Below are positions 24,948-38,978 of a stretch of 64,000 nt of DNA, one piece after another. The position numbers were made by a program, and so were the translations under genes. Each line of letters opens with the position of its first letter. Position 1 is the first letter of the stretch. A model generated the notes under the pieces. The model was not told the DNA's origin and ran no database searches. It saw only the letters and a program-made list of their open reading frames with translations. Origin of the DNA: Raillietiella orientalis (taxonomy: Eukaryota); NCBI GenBank assembly GCA_036172245.1, contig JAYWIR010000045.1, positions 992,001 through 1,056,000 on the forward strand. The letters are read 5' to 3'.

Positions 24948-26276
24948 AGCCTTCATTAGTTGACATGCTGTTTGATACAAGCAGCAGCAATGACTTTTCA
25001 TGTATCCACTGACTTGAACAAGTTAATCTTAAATCCAGTTTGCATGTACTGATGCTTTATATTTTGTACTACTTGATTAACGTTTTAATGAAATATCTAT
25101 TATTTTGGTCATGAGTTTTGTGCACTCTTGCCTAATACTTTCCATACATTGCCTGCTGTTAACTTTTGGCTGAATGTAATGCAATAGTCAACGTGTTAAC
25201 AAATATCAATTTGCTGACAGTTAGAAATTGGCAAAATAGTGAGTTTGGTTGATTTTCCAAGTTTAATTGTTTGTAATCTCGAATTGCATTGCTTTGCTTC
25301 ACATTTTTTAGTTCTCATCATGTGTGGTGTATGAGAGCACGATATTTCGTTTGTCTATGGTATTAGATGGTTGATAAAGGCCTACAGACGAGTATTCACA
25401 CATTCTTAAGCCGGCGTAGATAAATATGGATGCATGGACCACGTAACGGATAATATTTTAAGAGAATACAGCATTGTATAAAATAAAGCATTCAACGATT
25501 TTCACGCCACAATTGACTTTGTAGAAAACTCAAGAGTAACCAACTTTGATGCACTTGATAGTTTATGTGGGCGTTTTCAAATTAATAGTGGATGAGAGTT
25601 TTTGAGAACCCTGACGTGCGTTCAGCGTATGTTGAAAACCTCATAATTGGTCTCATAATTCCATGTAGGATGCACAATCTTCAACTAAGAGCCTCAGCGC
25701 TGATTCCTGGAAACATGAAGGTCGCAGTTTCCAACGTAGTTAATTAATGAAGTGTTTATGCTTTCTTAATCAGTAAATTATAGGGATGACTTGCATTGAT
25801 GTGTCAATTTTGTTGATGCATTGTAACAGTTGCTGGTATGGTCGAGGCTTATTGAGATACGTGCGGCACGAAGCGGAAGCAAAAAGTCCGCCTGCCTTGC
25901 CGAGGGAAGCGCAGGAGTCTGGGAAGACGGTGGAGAAACGGAAATTTTCTCTATTCGGATGTAGGAATGTTGGCGAAATTCGTGAGGAATCGGAGTTCGG
26001 ATACGCTGCCCTTATGGGTCACCCCTGTGTGCACTTGTCTGAACCAGGATGGTTGTGGACGGAGACATCGGACCGTAAGCCCAAATCGCGAAACGCGTTA
26101 GCAAAAAAGATGTTGTGCAACACGTTATCTTTTGTGAGTTTCCCGGTCCCCCGCGCTGAGTTTCTTTACTTGGGGAGGGGGGAGGGGATAGTGTGCGGTT
26201 CGCATCACCTCGAAAGGAACCATCATTTCAGATTCCTGTTGCATTTCCAGGTTTCATTTGGTGTTGCCGTGAGCGG

Positions 26277-26292
26277 TAGGTAGGTAGGTAGG
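26277..26292 (+). repeat. (TAGG)4 microsatellite
   Basis: taggtaggtaggtagg. Confidence 0.85.
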
Positions 26293-27020
26293 TGGTTTGT
26301 GAAAACAAATGTGTGCTCTTTCTCGAGGAGGTCGATGGGCAGATGCATGTAGACGGCCCGTATGGAGCGTCGTTCATTGTGGTTAACGTTCAGGAGGCAC
26401 CTTCCGCACCAACTTCTTCAGTCTTAACCCTTGGGAATCTCACACTGGATTTTAGCGTTTGAAATAATGGCTTCCGAATCGTGCCCTAATAGCACGCTTT
26501 TTAATTGCTTGCTTCCCCTGAAACTGCTGTTGGGAAACATGTTCGTGTTTTTCCAAAAGATAAAGGCGGAAATTCATTTTATTCTTGTAATTTTTGGGGT
26601 TCTCTCTCCAGTAAGGGTGTTGGAAACTTTTGCTCAAAGTTGGATTCGCCGTTTTGGAAACAGACTTTCTGGCGCAAAGCAGCATGCTTGTTCCAAAATC
26701 GACCTTTCTTTCCTTCCTTCCTTTGCAGTTTCCAGAGCATCCAGCGCAACCAGGTGGACATTTGGCAGAACGAAAACATGTGCTGCGAGGGATCGGGGAA
26801 AGAATTAATTTGGATGAGAGCTCCTGCAACAGATTCGCTCCATCAGCGGGTTTTTTTCTTTCCCGCGGCTGAATTGCCTGCGAAGCGAGTATTGATAATA
26901 GCCCAAGGGTGCACACAATAATTTTGGCTCTTCGGCTCCTCTTAGTGAGTGGGTTTAGGGGTTGGCTTACCATGTGGTGCAAATAGGACTGAAGAATTCG
27001 ATTCGGCACACGCGCCATCC
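26277..27020 (-). mobile_element. Probable decayed 3' end of a non-LTR retrotransposon with a (CCTA)n tail
   Basis: ORF 26452-27018 has post-RT-like text (TLGLLSI...RKK..GANLL; KKRAIRARFGSHYF resembling R.R.G.H.L) and is followed about 160 nt later by (CCTA)4. No RT catalytic motif is visible. Confidence 0.35.
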
Positions 27021-27923
27021 AAATTGGCGCCGCAATTTTCGGATCCGAGGTTGTACTTCAAAAGGTGGGATGAAGGGTGGGCAGATCGGACGAAACTTTT
27101 GGAAAGGGCAAGAGAGTTCTTATTCTCTAATGAAAAGATCTCACAGCGCGAGGAAAGGTTAATGGTGAATGAAGCGTAAACTGAAGACACCAATGAGAGT
27201 GTGCTTGGGAATGCAACGGTTCAGTTGCCTGACGTTTAGAGGCACCGGGAATGTGAAACGCGAGTGTCGTAGTAAGAAACGAAGGCTCCAAGGAAGTGTG
27301 CAACGAACAGGAGACGGTTGAGAAATTCCCGGCAACAGAGCACTCAACCCATTCCTTTGCTCCAGTCTGTCACACGTGGTCCCCTTCCCCGTTTCCACCT
27401 ACGAGGGCAGTGGCGTGGTAGGTTGGTAGGTTGCAGGAAGAGCGCCGCGAGACGATTTGATAGATCGTCTCGCAGTTTCATGAAGAGCACGGTTTCGAAG
27501 ATGTTTGTAACAATTTATTGCAAATCATCCAGCAAATTCTATAAAAAATTAACATGAAAATAAAATAGCAACAATGTATCCGCTAACTGAAATTGCCAAA
27601 GGGCACTTCTCAAGAAAAGTCACTTTAACAATTCAAGTACACAGTCCTTCCGAGGCGGGATATTTGTTCGGGAGTATCGATTTCCTGGGTTTCCAATAGC
27701 AAGATTTTCATCCCTTCATGTGTTTTGTTTTTCTTTTCCCCCTCCTTTTGTTTTTCGAACCGCCGCCTCTTCTCGAAATGTTTTCCGAACTCTGGAAACG
27801 TCCTTCGTGTTTCGCGAACTCCAATTTGGCCATCGTTTTTCTTACGGAGACTTAAACACGTTTGCTGTAGCAAAGATAGCTGCTGCATGGCCACGCCCTA
27901 TAGTTCTCCACACCCTGACTTAC

Positions 27924-27960
27924 CTGTGTAGAACATATCTCGGCGCATCGTGCGGTCACA
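27924..27960 (-). CDS. CA10: CARP small near-terminal exon: CDRTMRRDMFYT
   Basis: 37 nt, phase 0/1; acceptor gtgtctttccag, donor gtaagt; resembles the CPxMxxDMxY tail of insect CARPs. Confidence 0.75.
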
Positions 27961-30900
27961 CTGGAAAGACACGAAAGATGGGAAAACCAGGGAATGAACG
28001 GGTGGTTTGTGTAAACATCGAAATCACGGAACATCGCGATGCGTAAGCGTCTGCTGAGAGGGTGGGTGTCCGGATGGAAATTACGTTTCACAGAAGGATC
28101 ACCGGCAGCGGAATCGGGAACCCGCGTTTCACTACCGCACGCTGACAGATCTCCCACATGCATCCGGTTCCCAAGGAGATGCAAATTTTTTTCTTATACT
28201 ATTTACTTTCCGTTCTTTAAAGTTCAGCGTGGTGCCGATGTATCTGTGTCACTCGGTTCCTGCAACTCTTCCCTCGAAGGGCCGATCGCCACATCTCGAA
28301 CTCGGTCAAGTACTGCTGTATCTTCGAATCTTCCGCTCGTGGTAGCCATTCCATTCATCGTATTTCTCAAGGTCCTCCTTTCTTTTCATGTCGAGCAAGG
28401 GCCGCTTGAAAGTCATCAGTAAATCATACTGAGGGTATCAAATTCCTTTTGCTGCTCGTTTGTAGTAGAGCTCCCAAATGCCTTTTTTTCGCTTCTTTCC
28501 GAATGCTTTCCTCGGAACCATTGCATCTGCCGATTTCGAATTTCTCTCTCAACGTCTGGTTCTTCCATCTGATTTCCGGAATAGCTTCCTGGAGCCCTTC
28601 TTTCTTTCGTTTTCGATTAATCCGAACAGTCCATTTAGTATGGAAGAGCTACGCAACACTCCATTTACGTTTTCGCATTTCTTCATTTCACTTGGATTCC
28701 GTTGGTAGCAAACTGAGGCTTTCTACAAGCAACAGCGAAATAAACAAGGCCTTGCGTTTACTGATTAAAGCAGACGTACAAATGTTGTGAGTTGTGGAAC
28801 AGTGTGACCCTTCTAAATGAATTTCCTAGTCACTTGAAGTCTATTTAGTACTATTTATGCCCGCTTTACGACTGCATTTTGGTATCAAGCATCATTGTTT
28901 CTCTGTGCTTTTGTATTACGAATCTGTCGGTCCCATGGAAAATTTTCCACTGGGTAGAGCACAGCTTCACTGCCTCGAGCAGATTCTTGGGCTTCACTTC
29001 TATATTTATCAATCTCATTTGCCTCTCGCGCTTTCTATTCTGCCCTAGATGATTCAGGGAAACGTACAAAACAGTTGATGCTAATTTATTGCAACATGCT
29101 AATTCCTTCAGTAAGTTTTCCAATGCTGTTTGAAGACGAAGCTCGGCACCCAATGTGCTTCGATCCACTGCTGCAGCAGCTTCTCGTAAAAATAAAGTAT
29201 TGATCACAGATGCCATTTGTCATTCGTACAACATGTAGTTCTGTGATCTGGCAAGACGTTGGACTCGACCAAGTGCAAGGTAAATTCGGTCCACTTTGAA
29301 TTCCTCGAGTCGAAAATCTTCCGCTCGTTTCATGCCGGCATCTTTCCTGTTGTTTGTTTGGCTTCCTCCCATTCCGTCTCCACAACGCTGTTTGTACTTA
29401 TCATTGCTCTCGAAATCGACGTGTGCATCGTTCCTGAAACTTGCTTTCCATCCTATCTGCGTGCGTGTTGACTGTTTCTTTTCATCCCCCCCCCCCCCAA
29501 AGAAAAAAAAAAAACTCCAAGCAGGATCTGTTATTTTGAAAAGCTGATAACTCCTGAATGAATTAGCAGAACCCAAATTAGTTGGGCTTTGAATCAGTTC
29601 CTTTGTTCGCAACAGCAGTCTTTCCAGAGGAAAATGTTGCTCATATGTCAGTTTCACAGGGCATCTTGTTGATACCTACCAGTCCGTGTCATTTCTGATT
29701 AGCGTTCTTGACTTACATATGTTCCCACCATCGATACGTGACATTTTCATTTGATTTCGTTGGCCCTTAGTGGTCCAGTCATCCTCAGAAAGAAGTCTGG
29801 AGCCTCCATCAAGAAAACCTGCACTTATTCTACACATGCTATTTCTATGCCCGCATGTACACATGAAAACCAAGAAAAGACCTGCGCACCTGTACTGTAA
29901 ACAGCAAGAGAAGAAATGGAGAAGAGGCGGGGAAGTGGAACTTTCCTTAAAGACACAGTAAAATAGGGGCGGAGGTAAGATTGGTAGGACAACATTCAAA
30001 CTCGTGAACGAAGCGCTCCATGAAGCTGCAAATGGAAAGGCACAATGAAATGGAAGTACAAAGTGCATCGCCGCCGGCTATGCAGACACGAGCTGTTGCG
30101 AACGGGTTATGAATTGGTTTTTGTTCACACGAGGTGCCCATGGAAATTCTTCAGGTGTGGGGTGAGAGCTTTCTTCCCAGTCCAGAAACAACAGCAACTC
30201 ATGGCGCCAAACAGCGAAGACATCCCGAGACGGCTCAGATCGGAACCGAATGAAACGGCGTGAGGATCAGTCGCACGGAAAGCAGCTGCAAATTCACGTC
30301 GACGTCCAGAATTTCGACGCCTCTTGGTGCGAAGAATGGCGCCACGGACAGAGAGGCAACGTCGAAATATGCGATCCTCTCTCAATAGCACAGTCGGGGA
30401 TCGACTGTCGAAAGGCAGCACCTCGCAGATACTTTGATTCCGATCGGTTTCGTAAGGTGAGCATCCAGGCCGACGTGACCCAGGTCTGGGACATGAGAAA
30501 GGAAAGACTTCGATGCTCCCCTTCTTATGCGAATTCAAACAGGAAGATGAGGATGTGTGGAGGGGATGCACTGCGTGCAGCATAGAGCAGGGAGAGAATT
30601 TCTTTGGGTGTTGAGGATCCTTTCCTATCACGTGAGACACTCAGCAAGCGAACTTAGCATCCCCAGTGAGGTTTCGTATCGTTGTCGTTATGGTTCATCT
30701 TGTTTCCGTTACTCTCCCGAGACGCCCCGAGAAAAATTTGTGAACCACCGAAAAGTTTCCATTTCAAAAGGACAGCACGAGGTAGGGCTACCTTTAAAGA
30801 GGACGTTGAAGAGCGAGCAAGAGGTCGTGTTTGTGTTGTTCCAGATTAACAAGGGAAAAGCGCATTGCAGAAGCTGCGGAAGATGCAAGGCGTCGAGAAG

Positions 30901-31918
30901 ACTTCTTTTTTTTTTTTTTTTCTGAGCAGATATGCACACGAATTGATGCTTGGATTGCGATCTCAATGAGATATCAGCTGAGCGCGCCTCTGTCCGCAGT
31001 ACGGAGTACATACAGATGGGATAATCTCTCACGATCTGTCGACATCTCGCTCGGAAACACAAACAAAAAAGGAAAACAACAGCGATGTGATGTTTAGGAA
31101 GCAACGAGAGAAAATGAAGACACGTCTTCAGTCTTTCGAAAATTTTTGATTTGTCCAGGAGACTCCTGGATCTGTTTCTTAGTACCGGAGCGTTTCTCCG
31201 ACTCGTCCAAGATAAACAGCACTTGCTGTAGTATTCATCGTTGGGTGAGTTGGCGCTCTAAAAAATTCGAGAACATAAAAGAACGGAATGCATTTATCTA
31301 TGAAACGAATCAGCGATATGCGAGCCAATCGCATTGAAAATTACGGATGCTGTAGGGACTTTCTGGGAAACCAAACATACAAAACAGAGTAGTATTGATT
31401 AATTGCCGTGCTTTCCAGATCATTAGGCGCATTTTTTTTTTTTTTTCTTGCAGACAAACTGCCAGCATCTTGGATCCCAAATACGAAAAAACAAAAAACA
31501 AATGCACGCGTCCCTCTCTGTTTCTATAGATGCAACCTTTCAGAGTCTTGGTCTGTCTTGCAGTTCCGGTGTATCCAGGAAACCCATGCTGCTGTGCAGA
31601 AGTAGTGACGGCAGATCAATAAAGCGGAAACGACACCAGAAGAGAAGCAGCAGGAATAAAGGGGGATCTAGGGGTGAACGATACAATCCATCCATTCGGT
31701 TGGTTCTCAAGCGGGGGGTGGGGGGGGGGGATGTACTGGCAGCGGCGAAACGAAACTCAGGAACAGGGAGCGGGAAATTTGTCTTGAAAGCTCGCGGTAG
31801 ACGCGAGCGCCTGTGGCGCCCCAGGCGAGCAGCCGCCGATGACCCCATCGCAGCGCAGAGGGCGACCTCCAGCTCGCGGTCCGGGAATGCCGGAAGGGGC
31901 GAAGGAAGGACTACTCAC

Positions 31919-32050
31919 GTCTTTCTTGTTGAAATCGATATTCGTCCTTACAGTACGATGATGCAGAGGCTGGATCGGACGGATGTTGTTTCCCAGAGGC
32001 GCTTTCGGGACCTCCTCGTCTCCCTGCATCAGCTTCCGCAGGACGTGCAT
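31919..32050 (-). CDS. CA10: CARP exon: MHVLRKLMQGDEEVPKAPLGNNIRPIQPLHHRTVRTNIDFNKKD
   Basis: 132 nt, phase 0/0; NxRPxQPL motif; donor gtgagt. Confidence 0.95.
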
Positions 32051-32677
32051 CTGGAACCGGAATACTGGAAGTACAACAAAATGTGCGCCACCCCCGCGGG
32101 AGCAACCTCCAGGCGGAGGGGGGAGGAAGCAGCTCGACCTTGGCCGCCCGCCTGCGCCTCTCCTGCCTCCTTGGGCGGGGGCCTTCCATCCCGCCACCGA
32201 CTCCAGCCCCGCTGAGTCGTTGTTCCCGAGCGTCGACAGCCCCCCACGCCATCCCCCCAAGAAGGCGGAGCCATCCAGCGAGGAATCGCGTCCTCGCGGC
32301 CAGTTTGTCGGGAGCAGCCATATGGGCTGCGAACCTCCCTCCTCGCGGAGAAGGCCGTCCCGTCTCGGAACAGCACGATGCTGCGCACACCGCCTGGTAC
32401 CGTTGCATTTTGGAAGAAGGGAGTGGGGAGAGAAGGGAGCGTCCCCCAGGAAAGCAGTGGAAGTTTAGAACGTGTTGCGGAGTGACCGTAGCAATTAAGC
32501 AAATGCTTTGTTTGATCGATACGGCTTGGTAAGACTGCTTCGAAGCAATTGCGCTGCTGCATAATCATTACGTCATCAGAGAGAACTTCCGTTCGAACAA
32601 AGGAGAGTGCGTGTGTTGCTATTCTTCCGCATCTTCGGGGGCGCCGGCAAGCGGAACACACGATCTCCTCAAGAAAC

Positions 32678-32703
32678 CACACACACACACACACACACAC
32701 ACA
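32678..32703 (+). repeat. (CA)13 microsatellite in a CARP intron
   Basis: Uninterrupted CA run. Confidence 0.95.
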
Positions 32704-35700
32704 GTTTCAATGAAACAGATCGATATTCCATCTGCACGTCGCTGCTCCCATTGCTTATCCTTCATTTCGTGGATGCTGGATGCTGTGACTTCGGTTGGAA
32801 TCCATCCGGATCGTTGGGAGTTGCCGGTCGCGAGACTCTGGGAGCATCCGTATGCTTCAGACATCCCTGAGAGCGGCAAATGCAGCAGCAGCAGCATGCC
32901 GCAGGGGAAAGAACCAGAGGACGGTCGAGCTGGTGACGAGGAAGATAAAAAGAAAAGGAAATGAAGAGTCTGCGGCACAGTCGACGGTAGGCTGAGGCCG
33001 TTCACCTACGGGTTCATGGGAAGGCCAGAAGTTTCCTTTTCCGACTTCCTCCTCCCCCGGCCGAGTACACCCGTCAGTGCACAGCGGAGCGCAGGAACGA
33101 AACTTATGAGTAGACGTGGGCGCCAGGGGGAAAAAAAGCGAACGAACGGGACGCTTCGCCTCGTTGCGCACGTGCTTCAAACTTCATCATCCCTCCAGAT
33201 AGTCTTTCAACCCAGCCTCCCCGTCCTTAAAAAATCCCCGGGACCGTTTGTAAGGGAGGATGTTGCTTGCGCGATGTCGTGCTTGCATGTTCCCGAAAAT
33301 TCCGATGAAATTGGAAAGGAGTCCTCACGTGCCAGTTTTGGGTTGATGTTTCTTTCCTTCCTCCTCCTCCTCTTGTTCAGAGATGCATTTTTCTCATCAG
33401 ACTAAAAGACTGAATAAGGTCTGGCCTTATTCCGCTGAATGCCTTCATATCAGGAGAGCATTCCATTCAGTTTTTCTGTGTGCTCTGTAATCTTCCCTAA
33501 GCAGGAGCAGTTCCATGCATGCCGTTTCGCAATGAGACGACCGGAGGATTCGAGTGGAAGAGAGCGGGGAACCTCCTTGTGGCGTGCAGTGCATCCTGCG
33601 AAGCTTGCGGTGTACGCGTTACAGCTTGTTTTGGCGAGCAGCATCCACGAGCCACAGCAACAAGCTGCCTCCTCCCTCTGAAAACACTCCTGGGGAAAAG
33701 TAGGATCCGGTGTGCTGCGAATGTGTGTGCCTCTCTGTGTGTGTTTTCAAGGGGAAGAGGAAGAGGAAGGGGGGAGGGGGCGAGGAATCGAAATCATGGA
33801 TCGCAGCAGAGAAAGTTCGCGATTAAAACCGCGTGCGATTAATTAGTTTTGGCGAGTCTTCGTACGAATATCGTAAGCCGGATGGTTTTCTTTTCTTTTT
33901 TTTTTTTTCTTTCCCCTCTCTCTCTTTCTCCCTCTCTCTCTTAGCACACAACTCATATGAAAGTAGACATATTTCATTCGAATGGCTCCAAATTAAGCAC
34001 GGAATCTGTCAAAATCAAACACGCATATCCTCCCGAGACTCGGAGAAAGGCCTTTGAAAGAATTTTTTCTCGAAAATAAAGTTCCCGGCGTGCTCCGAAG
34101 TGCTCAACACTCTGAGAGTGCAAAGATCTCCGGAATTTTAGGTTGCAAACTCCAAGCCAATTACTTTAACTGAGTGTTTCTTTAATCTCCGCCTAAATCT
34201 ACAGAATTGCATTTCAGTGTACACGCTTTCCCAAAAGTAAATGTGGGGCCTTTTTGTTATCGTACTCAACAGCGATCTTTTTTCCTGCTGCTCCCTATAA
34301 AAGCTGCAGCACATTCAGAGAGACTATTCAGACTTGAACGAAACGCAGACAAGCAAAAACTTTCAGATATCTCAAAACACCAGAGAGGAATGCTCTCTCT
34401 TTCACTTTAATAGCTCGGATGCCACGTGCCGAGTGCACTGTACCACTTTAGCTCTTTGAAGTCGATGTTTATACGCCATTAAAAAAACCGCCAAACGGTA
34501 CACATTGCGGGCAGAGATGGTTTTTCTTAGGTTTCAGCATTCTTAAATTACAACCGCTGATGGTTATTTCGCAAAAATAGAAGATAGAAAACACCAACTG
34601 TTGTCGCTATGAATAGAGATTTATGAATTTTCGATTAGGTGGCAAAGAGTGTAATTAGCGATCCCATAGGCAGAGGTGTAGGACACTGTGGAGTAGAATG
34701 CGTCGTGTTTTTGTGATCAATTTGCACCGAACATGCGTCTGTGTAGAAGAAATGGCGTGTCCATTCTAATGTACAAACCCAATTTTTTTTTTTCCTTAAA
34801 AAAAAAAAAAGGCTAATGTTTGTGTTTGCATGTGCTTAATCCCATTTCCATGGTAACAAACAACTAGTGGAAAGCAGATCCGCCAAGCAAATAGCGGGAT
34901 GAATAGAATGAACTTGGTCAGTGACTTCATGCAGAGAGCTTTTAAAGTTTAATACTTGTTGATGCAAACGCAGGAGCTGAATTCCCGAAACTTCCACGAA
35001 TTCTTGACAGTGCAACACTGTAATTTGGCTTACAATAAGCGCTCATTAGAAACGCGAAGCAGCTCTTCGTGCACCGCATCATCAACCGGGTTTTTTGGAA
35101 ACTCTGATTGAAATTCATACTTATCTGGGAAGAATCATTTCAGCTCTGGCGCAGGAAATCGAGTGCGCTTTTTTTGGCCAGACGCCATCGCATAATTTCA
35201 GAATAATTTAATCTCACAATTTGGTCATTGGGGCGAGTAACACGAAATAATGGCACTGCAGGAACGATCGTTTTCCTGATACCCTGTAAATGTCCCCTTG
35301 TTTTTGTTTTTGCTTTTTTTGCTTTTACCTTGCGTAAAAAAGTGAGGATAAATGAGCGACAGTGCAGGCAACAGCACAAAGGAAAAATTTCAGCTTTGCC
35401 GTCATTTGCACATCCGCTATGACTCAATCTCTCATCGAGGCTTCCACACAATGGAAAAGGGGAAGCACAACAGGAAAGGGGTAGCAGGAGGGGTACATTT
35501 CAACTTTCTACTGCATTCAATTTTACATGAGTGGAAACCTCTCTTCCTCCGTCCCTCCCCAAATGGAGGGGACAAAAGGGAGGGTAAGGACTTTTAATCA
35601 TCTTTAAAGGAATTAAATCAAGGATTCATTGCATCTCGGGGCTTAGGAGGCCTGAAAGAGGACCAACAACCACCTGTTTCCTCCATGACATGACGCGTGT

Positions 35701-36021
35701 TCCTGGTTTCTCAGCAACGGGCCAGTTTCCTTCACCTGTTTATAGCCGTGCTTAAGGAATCCAGGGGAGAGCATTCTAAGAGCTGCTGATGACTGGGCAA
35801 GCAGAGCTCCTTTGAGAGATTCAGACAGCATGCAACCACCAGCTCTTGGAAGGAATTGACGGTTGCGCCCAGATTCAGAGCCAGGCTCGAGCATAACCGA
35901 CTTTTAAAAGGACGCTTCGTGAGAGGGTGGATCTCCTTGTCATGGAGTGTACAGTGACACCACAGGATAGTGCAGGCGTCACAGAACGGTGCCATAGAGG
36001 GGAAAAAGAAAAAGGAAGAAA

Positions 36022-36355
36022 AAGCCTGCGTTCTCAGCCGTCGCGGCCTCCGCGAGTGATACCGAGCGTTGCGGGTTCGAATCCCGCCCGGGGAAGGATC
36101 CACGCTAGAGAAATGGGGGTGCATCGTGGGTTCGAGTTCTACCATGAGAGATGACGCTGGTTGGTCCATGAGATGCGCTTGCGGCACTGTGGAAAGTGGG
36201 AAAACGGATGCCCCCCTTGAGTGGCCGGGATTGGAAGTTGATTCTCCGGGGTCCCTCTAGGAACCAAGGAGACGGTTGTGCAAATGGAGTCAAGCTTCGG
36301 GGTCGTTACCCTCCGGTTGTGCAAATGAGTCTCTTCCCCCTCGAAGAGGACACCC
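36022..36355 (+). mobile_element. tRNA-derived SINE-like element, contiguous copy
   Basis: Pol III B box GGGTTCGAATCCC at about 36073-36085; head aligns with 58825-59030 (-) and body aligns with 57797-57921 (-). Confidence 0.65.
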
Positions 36356-36993
36356 CATTGTGCACCTTGAAGCCTGGTCCATGACTCTCCAGACTGCGGG
36401 AAGCGCTCTGCTTCCTCCAGGGAGCAGACTATTCAGAGAAATTTGGAAGCGTCCCTTCGGGGTTCTCTTCAGAGAAGTAAACGAGGAGAATTCGGGAGAG
36501 GTTCCCTCCGAGGCTCTCTTCGGAGACAACCAGAGCGATGGTTCTTTTGCAAGCTTAAGGACCCCTGCTTCCGGATTTTTCCTGCACTCATAGGGTGGCC
36601 CCTACGGCCCGAACTTGAAGAGCTGCACAAGTCCTCGACATGTCAAAGAGTTTCGTGACCCCTTCCTCCCTGAAGAGGAGAGAGGTTCTCCAGCGCTCCT
36701 TGAGAACAGAAAAACACACACACACCACAGAATCGTGCGATTGCTAGCTCTCCGGTTTCCTAGGAGCTGCTGACCAGTTTTTAGAGCAGTAATACATGAG
36801 AGACTTTCCGTGCCCGCGGTGGATCAGAAGGTGAGGTGCCAGCTGGCAAAAGGCCAGCAAGCGCGACTACACCGAGTTCACCAGAGGAATGAGGTCGCAC
36901 GCGCAGAATTCGCGGGAAGCCGGGGGCAAAGCGACGTGCAATCGTGTATCATCGTGCAAGAGGGGGAGGACGAGCGGAAGAGGTAATCAGTAC

Positions 36994-37148
36994 CTCCTGA
37001 CTGGTCGTGTAGATCGGTTTGTTCATGACAATCCACGTGCAAACTTCCCAGCATCCGGGATGCGTCGTGGATCCTTCGTACGTCATGAACTGCTCCGTAT
37101 CGGGAAGAAGTGCCCTGATAGACAGGTGCTTGATGACCGACGCCTGAC
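36994..37148 (-). CDS. CA10: CARP exon: QASVIKHLSIRALLPDTEQFMTYEGSTTHPGCWEVCTWIVMNKPIYTTSQE
   Basis: 155 nt, phase 1/0; the YxGSxTxPxC motif of alpha-CAs. Confidence 0.95.
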
Positions 37149-38009
37149 CTGAAACGCAAGTTCTTGCTCAGTGACTGACCTTTCGTCAGAGGGAGAGGGC
37201 GGGGGTTGCGAAGACGAGCGCTTTCCTGCCTTCTGGTTTGCACGAGCGGCGTTTCGGCAGCGGCAGGAAATCGTCGGTAGCTCATATTCCCTCCCTTGGC
37301 AACCGACTGAGGCGGGATGAACCCCGCGGAAAGTGGTCTCGGAAAAACCCTCCCGATTCATGCGCCTTCCGTTCCAAGACGGGATCCTCCGGCTACGATC
37401 GAGAAGCTGAGGCCTCGGTCGCGGAAATCTTCGTGCTACTAAAGGCGGAAACCAGAATTCATCCGTGGCTCCCCAGGGATGCGAGGCCCGCCACTCTGGC
37501 CAGCAGCAGGGAGAGAGAGTCTGAGAGCGCGAGGAGGTCTAGCGGGGCGTGACCGAGGGCGCTGCTGACGAGCACACCGCTTCCGGGAAGCAGGGACGAG
37601 GAGGTCGGATGCAGGTGGTAGCTTGGGCCCTCCGTAAGTGCGTCCATCCTCAGGGACCAAAAGGAGGAGGAGGAGGAGCAGGGAAGTGCCCTCGAAGCAG
37701 AGGCGCGGTGCTGCTTCCCGTGGATCACTGCTTGCTCTCTCTGGTCCCTTCATTCCTGCCCGACGAAAGTGCAAGGACACTGCCGGAGAGGTCCGAGGAG
37801 AGGTGGGGAGCGAACCGGGCGACGTCGTCAGGGCTTTTCGACGTCAAACGGCTGCCGAGTTCCTTCTACTTGGTTCGCCGTCCAGTCCGTTGTTGCTGCT
37901 GCATTGCGCGGAAAGCTGCCGCCATTCTCTAGAGCTGCGGCTGCAAACCAAGGGGTGGAGGACCCGGGAGGAGGAGGGGAGAGGAACAGAGAGCAAGCGC
38001 AGTACTTAC

Positions 38010-38076
38010 TTCTGTACGTCACCTTGCTGAAGTGGCTCGACAGGAGCTGGAACTCGGAGTTTGAGGTGTCGGAGAT
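38010..38076 (-). CDS. CA10: CARP exon: ISDTSNSEFQLLSSHFSKVTYR
   Basis: 67 nt, phase 0/1; pyrimidine-rich acceptor, donor gtaagt. Confidence 0.9.
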
Positions 38077-38978
38077 CTGGAATGGGGAGAGAGAGGGAGG
38101 GGAAACAAGTGTTTTCCACCTCTTCCCGAAGCAGCGCCCCCCACCTCCTCCCCCTGATTTTTTCAGGAAGCTTGGGGTTTCCTGGACAACAGTGAAGGAG
38201 GAGCAAGGTGCAGAGGACCAAAATAAAATGAAGGTGAAGAAGGAACAACATGGAAGGGAGAAGGCGACATTCCTGCCGGGGGACTGACGGCATCGTGGCC
38301 TTAAAGACCCTCGCCGATGCGGGCTGAGAGAGAGGGAAAGGAGGACGAACAGCCTGCCTCGACCGGGATCAACGGGAGCTTGAGAAGAGGGACGGACGAA
38401 GAAGGATAGAGCAAGCTCTTCAAGAGAGAGAGAGGGAGGGAGGGAGAGGGAGAAGAAAAAAAAAGGAAAGAGAGGAGAAGAAAGAAAGATTAAGATCAAG
38501 GAGCAGCTCCCTTTCCTCCGTAGAGGAGCACTCGCTCGGGTACTTTATTGCTGCGGCACGTCGTGCGCAATTTAGAAGATTGCTTTTCCGGATCGCAGTT
38601 TCCAGAAATGCGAGCGCAGCAGAAAGAGGGAGCTATCCTCTCCCGCGCGCGCCGACTCGCGGGGACCTCATTAGCAGGGGCGAAGCTTCGCGCCCGCTTC
38701 CCTCGCGAGACGGGCGAGCTTTCGTCTTCAGCGGCAGTGAGAAGGCTGATGGCGGATCCTCGTCCTCCTCCGCCACCCACCCCTCTCGAGGAGGGTGGGA
38801 CGAGACAGGAAGCTGGATCGACGACGCTCCTCCGCGTGCTGCGGAGCGTCGGTAGCGGAAAGGGAGAGGAAGGAAAAAGGGGAAGAGGCGGAAAGTGGGC
38901 AGGTGCAGAGGCTAGCAGCGCTGCCCTTCCTCCTCTGACGCCTTCCGGCGCGGCCCTGGCCCCCGTCTCCACAGCTAC

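Noticed and set aside
25600..27900. Terminal CARP exon candidates (acceptors near 27792, 27587, 27181, 25707)
   Set aside because: None gives the expected AN.W-like ending; cannot choose without transcripts.
36022..36095. tRNA gene (B box GGTTCGAATCC); also 58950-59030
   Set aside because: No clean cloverleaf or A box, and homology between copies extends well beyond tRNA length, so treated as a SINE head.
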